Part shown: positions 50,251-62,184 of the stretch, in pieces
Layout: each line of letters begins with the position of its first letter
Numbering within the stretch: the stretch's first letter is position 1
DNA from: Negaprion brevirostris
Lineage: Eukaryota
DNA: 64,000 nt
Direction: 5' to 3'
Assembly (NCBI GenBank): GCA_030324005.1
Contig: JARDVH010000124.1
Coordinates: 19,961,292 to 20,025,291 of the forward strand
Program-made: the position numbers and the translations under genes
The notes under the pieces: generated by a model
Told to the model about the DNA's origin: nothing
Databases searched by the model: none
What the model saw: only the letters and a program-made list of their open reading frames with translations

Positions 50251-51759
50251 CTATCTCTGTTTCCTGACAGTACTCTGCATGGAGGACTTCAATGTCCATC
50301 ACGAAGAGTGGTTTGGCAGCATTACCACAGGCCTAACTGGCTGGATCCTAAGCGACATTCGCAAGCAGTGAAGGGAGCAGTAAGAGGAAAAACATATCTA
50401 ATGTCTTCCTCACCAAACTGCCTGCTGCAAATGCATCTGTCCATGACAGTCCTTCTGGAGACTAATAGGGATGGGCAATAAATGCTGGTGATGCCCACAT
50501 CCTGGAAATGAATTTTAAAAATCTAGTTTCTTTTGTTTGTATTCGAGAAGGTATATACTTTAATAACCTGCTTAAAATGCAATGTCTGTTTGACAAAACA
50601 AAACATTGAAAATATTCACCAAAAATCACATGGCATTATGCCTTACCCACTAGTTTACTGATAGTTTGAACAACAACTTTATGTGGTATTAAATAAAACT
50701 GCTACATTTGATGTTTCATGTCTTGCAGTGAGAGGTCAAACCCCTGTATTCTTGTGCCTTCTCATTTTTTACACTGATGAATGAGATTCAAAAGTAGCAT
50801 TTGAATTTAATAAAATAAAACGTATGGAAACTTTGAGAAACTTCCAGCCCTTTAAAATCCACCATTTGGAGAGATGAAAAGTTTATGGTTTTGTGAATTA
50901 CATTTGTTAAAACTTTATGGACAGTATGAAAGATGAACAAGATAATTATGGTGCCAGCTATAGCTGAAATTGCTTATATACGAAATCAAAACACTCTGTA
51001 GCAAAACACAAGACATTTCTGGATGTAGCTAAATGTAGATCTACCGGACATGGCTTTCATCTCAGCAATGACCGAGTCTGTGGAGAATTACACTGGCAGA
51101 GAAGCATTGGAAGCTATAATTATAAATAAATATGCAGACAAAAAAATGTAATTGCTCTCTTCAAAAATGTTCTGACAGCGAACATTTTACCCACAGCATA
51201 TAAGCGAGGTAATTGAAAGCCTTACTGATTTTATCACAACTTTCACTTTCAGTTTCCAAGGAGCACATCTTTCAAAGTATCTAGCCTTCCTGTAAACGAA
51301 TATGACCACCCAAGGCCAAAAACAATTTTATAAAAGAAATTCATCAGGACCTGACAAGCCTGTGTATTTAGCATTTAGTGGGCAGTATACAGCTGCTGTC
51401 AGACAACCTCTAATGGACAGAATAAGAAGATCATGCAGAGTCTAATTTCTGCTTTTTGCTAATTTTTGTTTTCTGCATGTCGCTAAAGACCAAACACAGA
51501 AAAATACTTCTCATGTGGATTAACTATTTATGTTACGTTTGTTCATGTTTTCTGCCAAATTCTGAAAAAGAGCTGGCATGATGGGTGGCACAGTAGCACA
51601 GCGACAAGAGACTCTGGTTCAAATCCAGCCTTGCATGACTGTCTATGTGGGGTTTGTATNNNNNNNNNNNNNNNNNNNNNNNNNNNNNNNNNNNNNNNNN
51701 NNNNNNNNNNNNNNNNNNNNNNNNNNNNNNNNNNNNNNNNNNNNNNNNNNNNNNNNNNN

Positions 51760-51977
51760 AATGCTCTGTCCACTCACATTGTCTGTACTTTTAAGATTTG
51801 ATTACCTGTAAAGACTCGCATTCCAACCATTGTCTTGTGAATTGAGTTTGTGTCTTTACATGCCCTGTTTGTGAACAGAATTCCCACTTACCTGATGAAG
51901 GAGCAACACTCCGAAAGCAAGTGGCTTTTGCTACCAAATAAACCTGTTGGACTTTAACCTGGTGTTGTGAGACTTCT
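51760..51977 (+). mobile_element. Penelope-like 3' terminal repeat with a hammerhead-like core
   Basis: CTGATGA-A-GGAG(CAACA)CTCC-GAAA-GCAAG..TTTGC-TA, then AATAAA; homologous to 9325-9411(-). Confidence 0.75.
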
Positions 51978-53030
51978 TGCTTGGTTATAAAAGACAGAAT
52001 AGTGGTGGAAGGGTGTTTTTCAGAATGGAGATCTGTAGCTAGTGGTGTTCTCCAGGGATCAGTGCTGGGACCTCTGTATTTGTAGTATATACAAATGGTC
52101 TGGAGGAAAATGTGCATGGTCTGTTTAGTAAGTTTGCAGATGACATGAAGATTGGTGGAGTCGCTGATAGCGATGAGGATTGTCAGAGGACACAAAAGGA
52201 TATAGATAGTTTAGAGACTTGGCCACAGAAATGATAGATGGAGTTTAATCCAGACAAATGCGAGGTGATGCATTTTGGAGGATGAAATTTAGATGTGAAT
52301 TACACTGTAAATGGCAGAATCCTTGGAAACATTAACATACAGAGGAATCTGAGTGTGCAGGACCACAGTTCCCTAAACGTGGCAATACAGTTGGCCAAGG
52401 TGATTAAGAAGGCATTTGGCATACTTGCCTTCACCGGCTGGTACAGTACAAGACTTGGCAAATCATGTTGCAATTATATAAAATCTTGGTTAGGCTGCAT
52501 TTGGAGTATTTTGTGCAGTTCTGGTTGCCACAGTTTTTTGAAGTTTTAGAGAAAGTACAAAGAAGGTTCACCAAAATGCTGCCTGCTCTTGAGGGTGTTG
52601 GCTAGGAGAGGTTGAATAAATTAGGATTGTTTTCACTGGAAAGACAGAGGCTGAGGGGAAACCTGATAGGGGTCTACAAAAGTATGAGGGGCATAGAGAG
52701 GGTGGATAGTCAATGGCTTTTTCCCAGGGTGGAAGTGTCAATTATAAGGGGGCACAGGTTCAAGGTGATAGAGGGAAAGTTTAAGGGAGCTGCGCAGGGG
52801 AGGCTTTTCACGCAGAGAGTGGTGGGTGCCTGGAATGCGATGCCAGAGCAGATGGTGGAAGCAAGCACATTTAAGATTTAAGAGGCATCTAGTTGGGCAT
52901 ATCAATAGAGGAGGAATAGAGGTATAAGTTCGAAGTAAGGGCAGAAGGTTTTTTTTAGTTTAGTTAGGACATCATAATCAGCATGGGCTTGGAGGGCCGA
53001 AGAGCCTGTTCCTTGCTTTTCTTTGTTCTT
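51978..53030 (+). mobile_element. CR1 RT C-terminal half plus tail
   Basis: GVLQGSVLGP, KFADD, LGLFSLERQRLRGNLIGVYK, FTQRVVGAWNAMP; (CTTTGTT)n tail. Confidence 0.92.
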
Positions 53031-53769
53031 TGTTTTTTGTTTTTTGTATTTCTAATTCTGCCTGCGATAGTGGCACATCAATGGCTTGGTTGCATGAATT
53101 GACAAGATACTCGGCTTTGAAGTTTCACTGATGAAGACAATCTGACCATCTATATCTGTGTAAAGATCAATGACCTGATCCTGAATTAGCTAACAATATA
53201 GGCAACACTTGATAGTTGGTGCAGGAATTAAATCTCCTGCCAAAAAGATACCTGCGCCAACGTTCATCTGTTTCCTGGCTCGATAGTTGAGTATTAATGT
53301 TTAATTTCTGACAAAGAATGGAACGTGTAGGCAATTGGTCATTCACTTCCTTCAATGTATTGTGAGAATCCAATCAGATTTCCTGATGCATCTGATGTGA
53401 TGCATGCATGTGGATTGAAATGCATCAGAATTGATGAAGATGCTAACTTTGCCTTTTCTGTGTCAAATACTGGCTGCAGTCGGATTGTCCATTCCCACCG
53501 TGCGTCTTTCTAAAATAGCTTTCCAAGAGACTCTGTGTAATTAGGAATGAATTTGTGATAAAAGTTGATAGTACTGAGGAATGATGTCAACCCTTTCACA
53601 CTAGATGGGATCAGAAGTATCAGAATGGCTTTTATGCTGTTTTGTGTGTTTTACTCCAGCTACGGTACCTTAGAAAGTCAATCTCAAATACTGCGAATAT
53701 GCATTTATTCTTGTTATGCGTAAAATTGTGATTTGTGGCAACTGAGCAAACAGGTTGCCCAAAGAAACT

Positions 53770-54220
53770 GTAAATTTGAGGTCAACCAAAGCTCTACCGC
53801 CCAGGCCTCATTTCACAACAAATCCTGTTTAACCATCACTTCGGTGTTTGCTGACCGACATTGGCTCCCACGTAAGCTACATCCCCATTTCAGAATGCTC
53901 ATCCTTGTTTTCAAATCCTGAAGGGTCTCACCTTTATAATTGCCTCTAGCCCTACAATACTCCAAAATATCTATATTCCTCTCATTCTGGCCTCGAGTAA
54001 CCGCAATTTAAAATACTCCCCCAGTTAGCTGGCAAGACCCTAAGCTCTGCAATTCCCTTCTGAAACTCTGTCGTGCTAACTCTAGTCGTTTAAGACATTT
54101 CTTAAAATGTACCATTTTGGTGAAGCTTTTGATCATCTCTCTCATATCGCTTGATGTTACTCGGTGTCAAATTTTGCTTCATAATGCCTTAAGGACATCT
54201 TAAAGGTGCTATATAAGTTT
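53770..54220 (+). mobile_element. L2 LINE 3' end
   Basis: ITSVFADRHWLP...FRMLILVFKS; terminal TAAAGGTGCTATATAA. Confidence 0.7.
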
Positions 54221-54879
54221 GAAGACACAAACGTTATTATGAGTGGCTGCTGAATGAATTCAAAAGACAACTTTTGATGTCGTTCAACAAAACTGGGTTA
54301 TATTTTGGGTTTCTGATCCTGAAAGTAGAATCCCACACCTCAAATGGTCTCTATTACAGTGGTGATTTTAAAGTTGCAAAAATTGACTTGTTCCCACATT
54401 CTTTGCCATTTACTGCATATTGTGTAACTGTGTGGTAATCTATTTAGCTATTGCTGTACATTTGGTCTTCTGTGATTTATTTTCAGCAAGGACAATGGAA
54501 CATTCAGCATAACTGAATGAAGACAATATTACATTTTTTTATATAATTAAATTTGATCACTTGAGCACAGCATATTACAGCGTATATACAAAATCTATTC
54601 TTGACTGTTGAATGTGCACACAGTAACACAATGATCCACACTGACCTTTACATTTCAAATACATGCATTCATGAACACTACTTTATACAATACTATTATG
54701 ATTATTCAACTATATTTTCTCAATCGTTTGCTTGCAGTATTATAGTCGGTTTTATTTATAGTTAATCCTTTAATTATATACAAAACATCAAATTAAACAT
54801 AACAAATTTATCCTTAACTGTAGCCTCAAGGCTAACGGCATCTGTCCTCACCAATTGAATCACCACAATCCTATCTCGT

Positions 54880-55895
54880 GAAAACTGGTGCCCAACAAGG
54901 CTGTGTCACTGCACCAACTCTCTTCATTTTCCTTTCTGCAATACAGTACCTCACCCCTGGTAAATTACCCACATGTGGAAATAATCTACCAAACAAATAG
55001 GAAACTGTTCAATCCACATCACCTTCCATTCAAAAACAAAACCACTCCAGCTTCAGTCATAAACCTTCAGTATGTAGATGTGTGCTCACTCGCTCGGAGC
55101 TCCAGGTCAGTGTGGACTCTTCTGAAGCACATAAAAAAATGGGCCTTTCACTAAACATTGAAAACTAAAGTCGTCTTCCAAATAGTTTACATAGCAAAGC
55201 ACCTCCCCTTCCCCTATTTCTTTTGAAACTTCTCTCTAAGCATAGATGACAAAATTCATCATCACCTCCAACGTGCCAGTCTGAGGGACATGAATATTCA
55301 AGAACCAAGTCTCAAACCCAAAATTTATATCACTGCTTACTGGCAGCAGTGATCCCCATACCTGAAATGCTTGAGAGACTCAGATGACCATCAGCAGAAA
55401 ACTCCAAGTACTGGAGAAGTATCACTGATGGTGCATTCACAAGATCCTCCAAAGCTGGTGGCAAGACAGGCAATCCAGCAGCAGTCTCCTCTTAGAAGCC
55501 AACTTGCCTGGCTTCAAAGTGCTAATCACTCAAAATCACACTACATTGGACATGTCATTTGTATGCTTGGCACTAGATTCCTGAAGCAACTACGTTACTC
55601 AGAACTCTCCTATGGTAGGACACTCCCCAGACAATGGAAACATATTACAGATGCTCTCAAGTATGGGAGTCCCTGGCTTGTAACTGACCAAAATATAGAA
55701 GGCTTATTTGGGAAGGTACAGAATACTGACAGAGGCAAAATCAAAGTGACTGCACAACCATCTATCCAACCCTTTAAGCACCTCCTGTCCAGAATGTAAT
55801 AGTCTGCTGATCAGGCACTGGGCTTATCAGCCATTTCACAACCCATTAAACCAGAGTGGAAAGAAGTCCTCCTCGATCCCAAGGGACTGCCTGAG
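54880..55895 (+). mobile_element. RTE-clade LINE remnant
   Basis: TGAQQGCVTAP (GVKQGC-like), LQYVD, YIGHVICM..TRFLKQLRYSEL. Confidence 0.75.
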
Positions 55896-56389
55896 GAGAA
55901 AGCAGCATGTGTTTGAAGTGTCATTGCCTTTGTGAAATGAAAATAAGCAAAACCTGTGATCCAGTTGGTAGCCTGGTCACACGTCAAGACATAATCTGAA
56001 TATTGAAGCAAAACTGTTCATTTAACTTCTCAGTTTCTGTGTTACCAAGCGGCAATGCATCTCATTCAGCAGAAACATGTGGTGATGAGGAAAGCTGAAT
56101 TACTTTTAAGAATGACTCAATCTTTCTCAATTCTCACATTAACTGAATATTCCTACTAATCCTCTGTTAGAAGCTGAACTTGATTATTCTGAAGAACTAA
56201 CTCAGACTTCCATTTCTCTATGTCACTGGCAAAGGATTTTCATTTTATTCATTCCTTTTTGCCATTTTATTACATCTGATGCCAAACCATCAATTAGATC
56301 TTAGGTGAAATTACTAAAAAGCAAAAAGCAGATGACCCTTAAAAGTTTAGATTACTAAATAAGCATTGTGAATTATGTCAATCATTTCA

Positions 56390-57910
56390 AGCATCCTCCC
56401 CTCTTCGAGCAACATCTTAGTATGTAACAGCTGCCCTTTTTACTCTTCATTTCCCATGGTGCAAGACCCCAAACACTCTTGCAAGCTGAAACAATGATTT
56501 AGCTGCACCACTTTCAAATGAATATACTGTATTAGCTCACGGTGTAGTCCCCTCTACATTGCGAAGACCAAATGTAGACTGTGTGACCGCTTTTTGTGGA
56601 AGACCTGCGGTCACCTGTCATTTTGATTCTTTGACCCACTCTGTCCTCAGTCAACTAACACTGGTCATATGAAGCTCGATGTAAGCAGCAGGAGCAGCAC
56701 CTGATCTTTGAATCAAGTACTTTACCCATCCCGGACTCAACGTTGTGTTCAACAATTTTAGATTCTAACCTCTGGCCCCATTTTGCTTTGATCACGGCTG
56801 TTGATAATAATTTTGCTATTCCTGTTGCAAATGGCAAAAGGATGGTTTTTCTAAAGCCTATAAAGAGTTTGATTTCACCATCACCATCAGGATATGACAT
56901 ACTACCATCTATTAACACTGACAACATGACATGGAAGTTGTTGATAACTCCACAATCACCAGCATTCTGTTATTTGATGTTGAAATAAACGCATATCACA
57001 AAAGCTGCCGCTGTTGTGTCAGAGCTGAGTAAGCAAATACGAAACAACTGCAACCTGAGTGAAAACACCAAATTGAGAATCTACAAGCATGCATCCTCAG
57101 CACTCTTCAGTGGATAAGTGCTGGACAACTAAAGTCAGCTTTACTAGACATCTGGAGGCAGAAGAAAGGCTGAATAGTTTTTACTTCTGTTGTCCCAGAC
57201 ATACCTTAAGCATCTCGTGGTAAGACAAAGTCAGCAACTTATTGGTCCTGGAGAATGCTAATTCCACTAGCATAAATCCATTACTAAGTTCAGCTATGTT
57301 CATTGAACGGCTAACAGCCATGTATTCAAAGACCTTCTGTAGGATGAACCAGCCATTGGGTCATAGCATCTTGCATATCCATGACTCCACTACAAGATCA
57401 TTTGCAAGTGAGATATGAAGATGGTGGACATTGTCACTGACAACTGAGAGATAGTTCATGATGCTCATAACCTCTCAAGACTGACTGTTTGGAAGGGCAT
57501 TGGAAGAGGTGAGCAGAAATGAAAAGCTCATCTGGCCAAGAAGAGTCCAGAGAACATGGAGGACAGTGAATCGTGCAACTTGTCAATCCACCGTCATCCT
57601 CTTCAGCAAATGCAGCATCCACTTTTTGTTTTCTGTTTACCAGCATCTTTTTTGCCTTGCACCATCATTCCTAGCATCATTTAATTTTATCTGCCTTCCA
57701 CCCTGTCACAAACAGTCCATTTTGTTCCTGTCCCTCCCTCTGTACTTGATTAAGATTCATTACATCCCTAACCTTTTCCAGGTCTGACAAAATAACCTAT
57801 AACATAAAGAGAGTTTCTCTGTCCACAGATTTCACCAGACCTATTGAGTATTTTTAACACTTTTCTCTTTGTTTCAGATTTCCGGTATCCGTTGTATTTT
57901 TCTTTTCTAT
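56390..57910 (+). mobile_element. Penelope element remnant (GIY-YIG endonuclease 56450-56780; 3' end 57620-57910), split by an RTE
   Basis: PKHSCKLKQ*FSCTTFK*IYCI..PLYIAKTKCRLCDRF; 3' end resembles 43815-43952. Confidence 0.75.
56830..57615 (+). mobile_element. RTE-clade LINE remnant nested in the Penelope element
   Basis: DVEINAYH/KAAAVVSELSK..N.NLSENTKLRIY; decayed RTE C-terminal motifs. Confidence 0.6.
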
Positions 57911-58923
57911 CACGAGTGCTTCGAATGCACATGAAGGTCCTCAGGGACAAGGTCACTGACCTGTTCAATCAGCGGTGAACATTCACCACCACCAACACAT
58001 CGCAAGGTACAAATGTCCAAGAGGGCAAGATCAATGGCTCATCCCTGAAATATCCCAACTCAAGAGAAATTCCTGGTGCAGCTCACAACCATACCAGAAA
58101 ATCTTCACAAATACAACTGAATCCCAGAACAGTGGGATCAAGTAAAGTCAACTGTACTAGACATCTGTGCCCAGACCACTGGGTTCGAGCATCATCAGCA
58201 CAATGATTTGGCTGATAAAAATCATGCTCAAATATGAGACCTCCTGAAGCAAAAACAAACAGCCTTCATTGTCAAATCTAGGGCCGCAACACAAGGCAGC
58301 ATTCGAACAGTTTACGGCTGACATTAAAACTGAAAAATAGAAGGTTAGAAGAGAAAGTTCCAGAAATATGCTGATCATCATGACATGCAAAGCCACCAGG
58401 AGCCATCAGTAGACCAAAGTCAAATAGACAAAATGCCCTTTATCTACAGGATATTGTTTCTCTTCTGAAGAATGACCATGCCACCTGTCAACACTGGAAG
58501 GAACATATTGAACAATTTGACTGTGAATCCACATTATCAGCTGGTATCTTCTAGGCTGTCAGTACCCTAGGTAGATAAAATCCTTGGATGAACAACCAGT
58601 GGAACAATTGCATCAAGCACTATAACAGATTAGAAATAAAGTTGAGAGGGTCAGGTGACCCAAGTGTGGGAACTGCTGTGATTCAGTGAGCTCTGGCACT
58701 ATTCATCTTTTAATCCTTTCATTTATCCTGATGCATAGCCCATAAATAATTAATCCTGGAGTAAAGTCTCCACACCATGCCCCTGGAAGATTTCTCGTTC
58801 CGTATTGGTGGCCAAATGCAGAAAATGTCAAGAAAATCCTGTATTAAAAGGAGCAGTTGGAGCCAATCTGGGTGGAATGGAATCCTCAACATGGTGATCT
58901 GGTTAGTGAGCAAGTGCGTGACA

Positions 58924-59734
58924 GTACATATAATTTGTAGATGGACTAGTTGGCTAACGTGAAAGGGGTGAATAACTGCAGTNNNNNNNNNNGAATTTTA
59001 CTTTGGCAACAAACAGGTCAAGTTTCTTGTACACGTGGTTTGCAAATCAGGTGTACAGGGCAATGATACTATAGTCATAGTTTGCCTACATTGCACTTCA
59101 AAGATCAAGTGCCCTCTGGTTTTAATATTAAATACCATCTATATGAAAACTCTTTAGCCTCAATTACCTCCATGGCAAAATTAAACTGAGCACCATAGAT
59201 ATAGATGGTCTACAGTTTACTGAATATGGAGCGACACAGTGGTCAGTGCTGCTGTCTCACAGCACTTGGGACCTGGGTTCAGTTATGGCCTTGGGTGACA
59301 GTCTGTGGAGTTGTGTGGAATCTGCATGTTAACTCCATGTCTGCGTGGGTTTCCTCTGCGTGCTCCGCTTTCCAACCACAGTCCAAAAACATGCAGGTTA
59401 GGCAGATTGGCCATGCTAAATTGCCCCTTAGTTTCCAAGGATTTGTAGGCTAGTTTGATTTGCCCTGGTAACTGTGAGGGAATAGGGCGAGGGTGAGGAC
59501 CTGGGTAAGATGCTCTTTTGGAAAGTCAGTACAAACTCGATGGGCCAAATAGCCTCCCTCTGCAATGTAGGAACACTATGGCTATAGTATCATTGCCCTG
59601 CACACCTGATTTGCAAGCCACGCAGAAACTCCAATTCTGCATACAAGAAACTTGACCAGTTTGTTGCCAAAATAAAATTCACATATTAACCCATTTCATG
59701 TTAGCCAAATATTCCGTCTCCAAATCATACGTAC
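58924..59734. repeat. ~170-bp inverted repeat pair (58924-59095 and 59561-59734)
   Basis: For example GCAAATCAGGTGTACAGGGCAATGATACTATAGTCATAG versus the reverse complement of CTATGGCTATAGTATCATTGCCCTGCACACCTGATTTGC; one ~18-nt indel and a 10-N gap. Confidence 0.92.
59230..59580 (+). mobile_element. V-SINE (HE1-like)
   Basis: CAGTGGTCAGTGCTGCTGTCTCACAGC head, GCGTGGGTTTCCTC, GATTGGCCATGCTAAATTGCCCCTTAG. Confidence 0.88.
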
Positions 59735-59739
59735 AAATG

Positions 59740-60480
59740 GAATATGTTGAGTACTTTGGCAGCCAACTCTCTCAAAAGGCTACCATTGACAAGGAGATTC
59801 AACATTAGATCAGGTGCATTTGTTCAGCCTTCTGCAAAATACAACAGCAAATGCTTAATCACAAAGTACTCCACAAGTCATCACAGGTCCTGGTATGCAG
59901 AGCTGTTATTGTCATTACGCTCTTGCCTTGCAGATTTGGACATTGCATCAGTGACAAAAGGAGCAGAAATTTGATCAGTATTGCCACCATCTCAAGCTCC
60001 AGATTCAATATGAGGACCGTCAAACAAACATTAATGCCCTTCTTGAAACCAGGTGCACAAACATTCAGGCAAAACTCCTGAAACCATCACTTTTATTAGA
60101 CAAGCCACTGTATCTGGATAGCCAAAAAGATTCCTTGGCCAGTCCCTGTTGTGCCAACTCTCAAATGGTTAACGCTCCAACAGAAGACAAAGAAAATGCT
60201 TCAAAGGCATCCTGCAGCTCTCTCCTTGAAACACAAGAGTGTTAACTTTAATGACTAGGAGGAGCTTGCTACCAATCATTCAGAATGATGATGCTTTTTC
60301 ACCATCAAAGCAAAGAAACAAATCTTGCACTCTGGATCCTATTACCTTATGGGACATCCTGGCCCACATGTTCAAAGGTCTGTAGGTTGACAACAGGCCT
60401 GCAAATCACAAAGGACCATGGCAGATCTCATGACCCTGATTAAATGTCATCCTTGAATCGAGGAACAACAAACGAGAACG
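59740..60480 (+). mobile_element. RTE-clade LINE remnant
   Basis: YFGSQLSQKATIDKEIQH; QVLVCRAVIVITLL; similar to 55230-55700. Confidence 0.65.
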
Positions 60481-61369
60481 ATTTTTTTTAAATGACTGCA
60501 CTTATACAAAATAATGCAGTCCCCTTCAAGTGAAACCAGAAAGCACATTTCAAGGCTAAATTAGAGGTGATTCTTCCTAATAACAGATAAAACATCAATG
60601 CTGTTTATACTTAACTATGATTTTTAATACATCAAAATGTTTCCATGCAAAAATTGATCTGTGAAATCTATACAAACATAAATGCAAGTCCCAACAATAC
60701 TTGCGTTATGATTGGACATTTTAACTTTTAAGTTACCTGTAATCTGGAAATATGTTGAAAATGCAGCTTTGCAAGCACACAGGTTTGGCAGGCAAAGCAT
60801 TAAGGTTGAATATAATAATTTGACACACAAAACTACCACTTGAGCTTGGTACAATGCCCTTCATAACTGCAAGACAATGGACAACCACAATAAAATAATG
60901 CAGCAACAAGTCTGTGGAAGCTTCTCTCAAGGTCATAACAAGGATGTTTAAAATCTACATTATAAATTGTAATGTTGTTACTCCATTTGGAGGGAAAAAA
61001 AGTAGAAGGTTAATGCTTTTTGTACGAACCTTTTATCAAAATCAACTTCAATTCAGTTTTGTGAGTTACAGAACAGTGTGAGCTAATTTAATTGGGCAAG
61101 AGATATGGTCTCCAGCATTATTGCCAATACATGTTTCCTCGAGCTGGCCTGCAGTAAGTGAGTAAATGTTAATTTATTCAGATTTACAGGCATTAGAATC
61201 ATTATTGGCTTTTTCTAAACAATATAATACAGTATCATCTTTGAACTATTTCAATTCCTCTAAAACATTAATGCCTATTAAACAGCTGCAAATATTGCAT
61301 GAGCTAGAATTTCCAAATACGAAAAGAGAACTTATTTTCGATACTTGCAGATAGTTATGACCATGTCTG

Positions 61370-61930
61370 CTTCAAACAGAGGTCATGTCTGACAAATCTC
61401 TTAAGAGTTCTTTGAGGAGGTAACAAGGAGCTTACATAAAGGAAAGCCAGTGGACATGATTTATTTAAATTTCCAGAAGCCTTTGACAAGGGGCTGCATA
61501 GGGGACTGTTAAATAAGAGCCCATGGTGTTAAGGGTAAGATCCTGGCATGGATAGAGGATTGGCTGACTGGCAGAAGGCAAAGAATGGGAATAAAGGGGT
61601 CTTTTTCAGGATGGCAGCCAATGACTACTGGTTTGCATCAGAGGTCAGTGCTAGGACCACGACTTTTCACAATATACATTAACGATTTGGAAGGAGGAAC
61701 TGAAGGTATTGTTGCTAAGTTTGCAGATAATACAAAGATATGTAGGGGAACAGGTAGTATTAAGGAAGCAGGGGGGCTGCAGAAGGATTTGGACAGTTTA
61801 GGAGAGTGGGCAAAGAAGAGGCAGATGTGGAAAAGTGAGAGGTTATGCATTTTGGAAGGAGGAATGGAGGATTAGACTATTTTCTAAATGGGAAAAAACT
61901 TAGGAAATCAGAAACACAATGGGACTTGGG
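61370..61930 (+). mobile_element. CR1 RT fragment
   Basis: GLHQRSVLGPRLFTIYINDLEGGTEGIVAKFADNTKI. Confidence 0.92.
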
Positions 61931-62184
61931 NNNNNNNNNNNNNNNNNNNNNNNNNNNNNNNNNNNNNNNNNNNNNNNNNNNNNNNNNNNNNNNNNNNNNN
62001 NNNNNNNNNNNNNNNNNNNNNNNNNNNNNNGCCTTTTCCCCATAACCCCTGATCCCCTTATTAATCAAGAACCTATCTATCTCTGTCTTAAAGACACTCA
62101 ATGACCTAGGGACTCTCCTTCCTATGAAGAGTAAATTGTTCCTAGAGACCATTTCCCCCAATACTAACTTTTAAACTTTATTCA

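Larger units (their letters stand above)
47897..50520 (+). mobile_element. Internally deleted LINE: tRNA-like head, endonuclease fragments and tail; split at 48530-50269 by nested insertions
   Basis: Head like 9624/38883; 48400-48529 and 50270-50450 encode contiguous endonuclease-like sequence (MYCPASADE.., DFNVHHEEWFGS); tail GGGATGGGCAATAAATGCTGG at ~50468. Confidence 0.75.

Noticed and set aside
53380-53430. Pre-miRNA-like hairpin CTGATGCAT...ATGCATCAG
   Set aside because: Only about 9 contiguous base pairs; too short and irregular for a Drosha substrate, and no known miRNA recognised.
57930-58910. Possible rearranged Vingi-like endonuclease-region remnants on both strands
   Set aside because: Too decayed to assign a family or orientation by eye.
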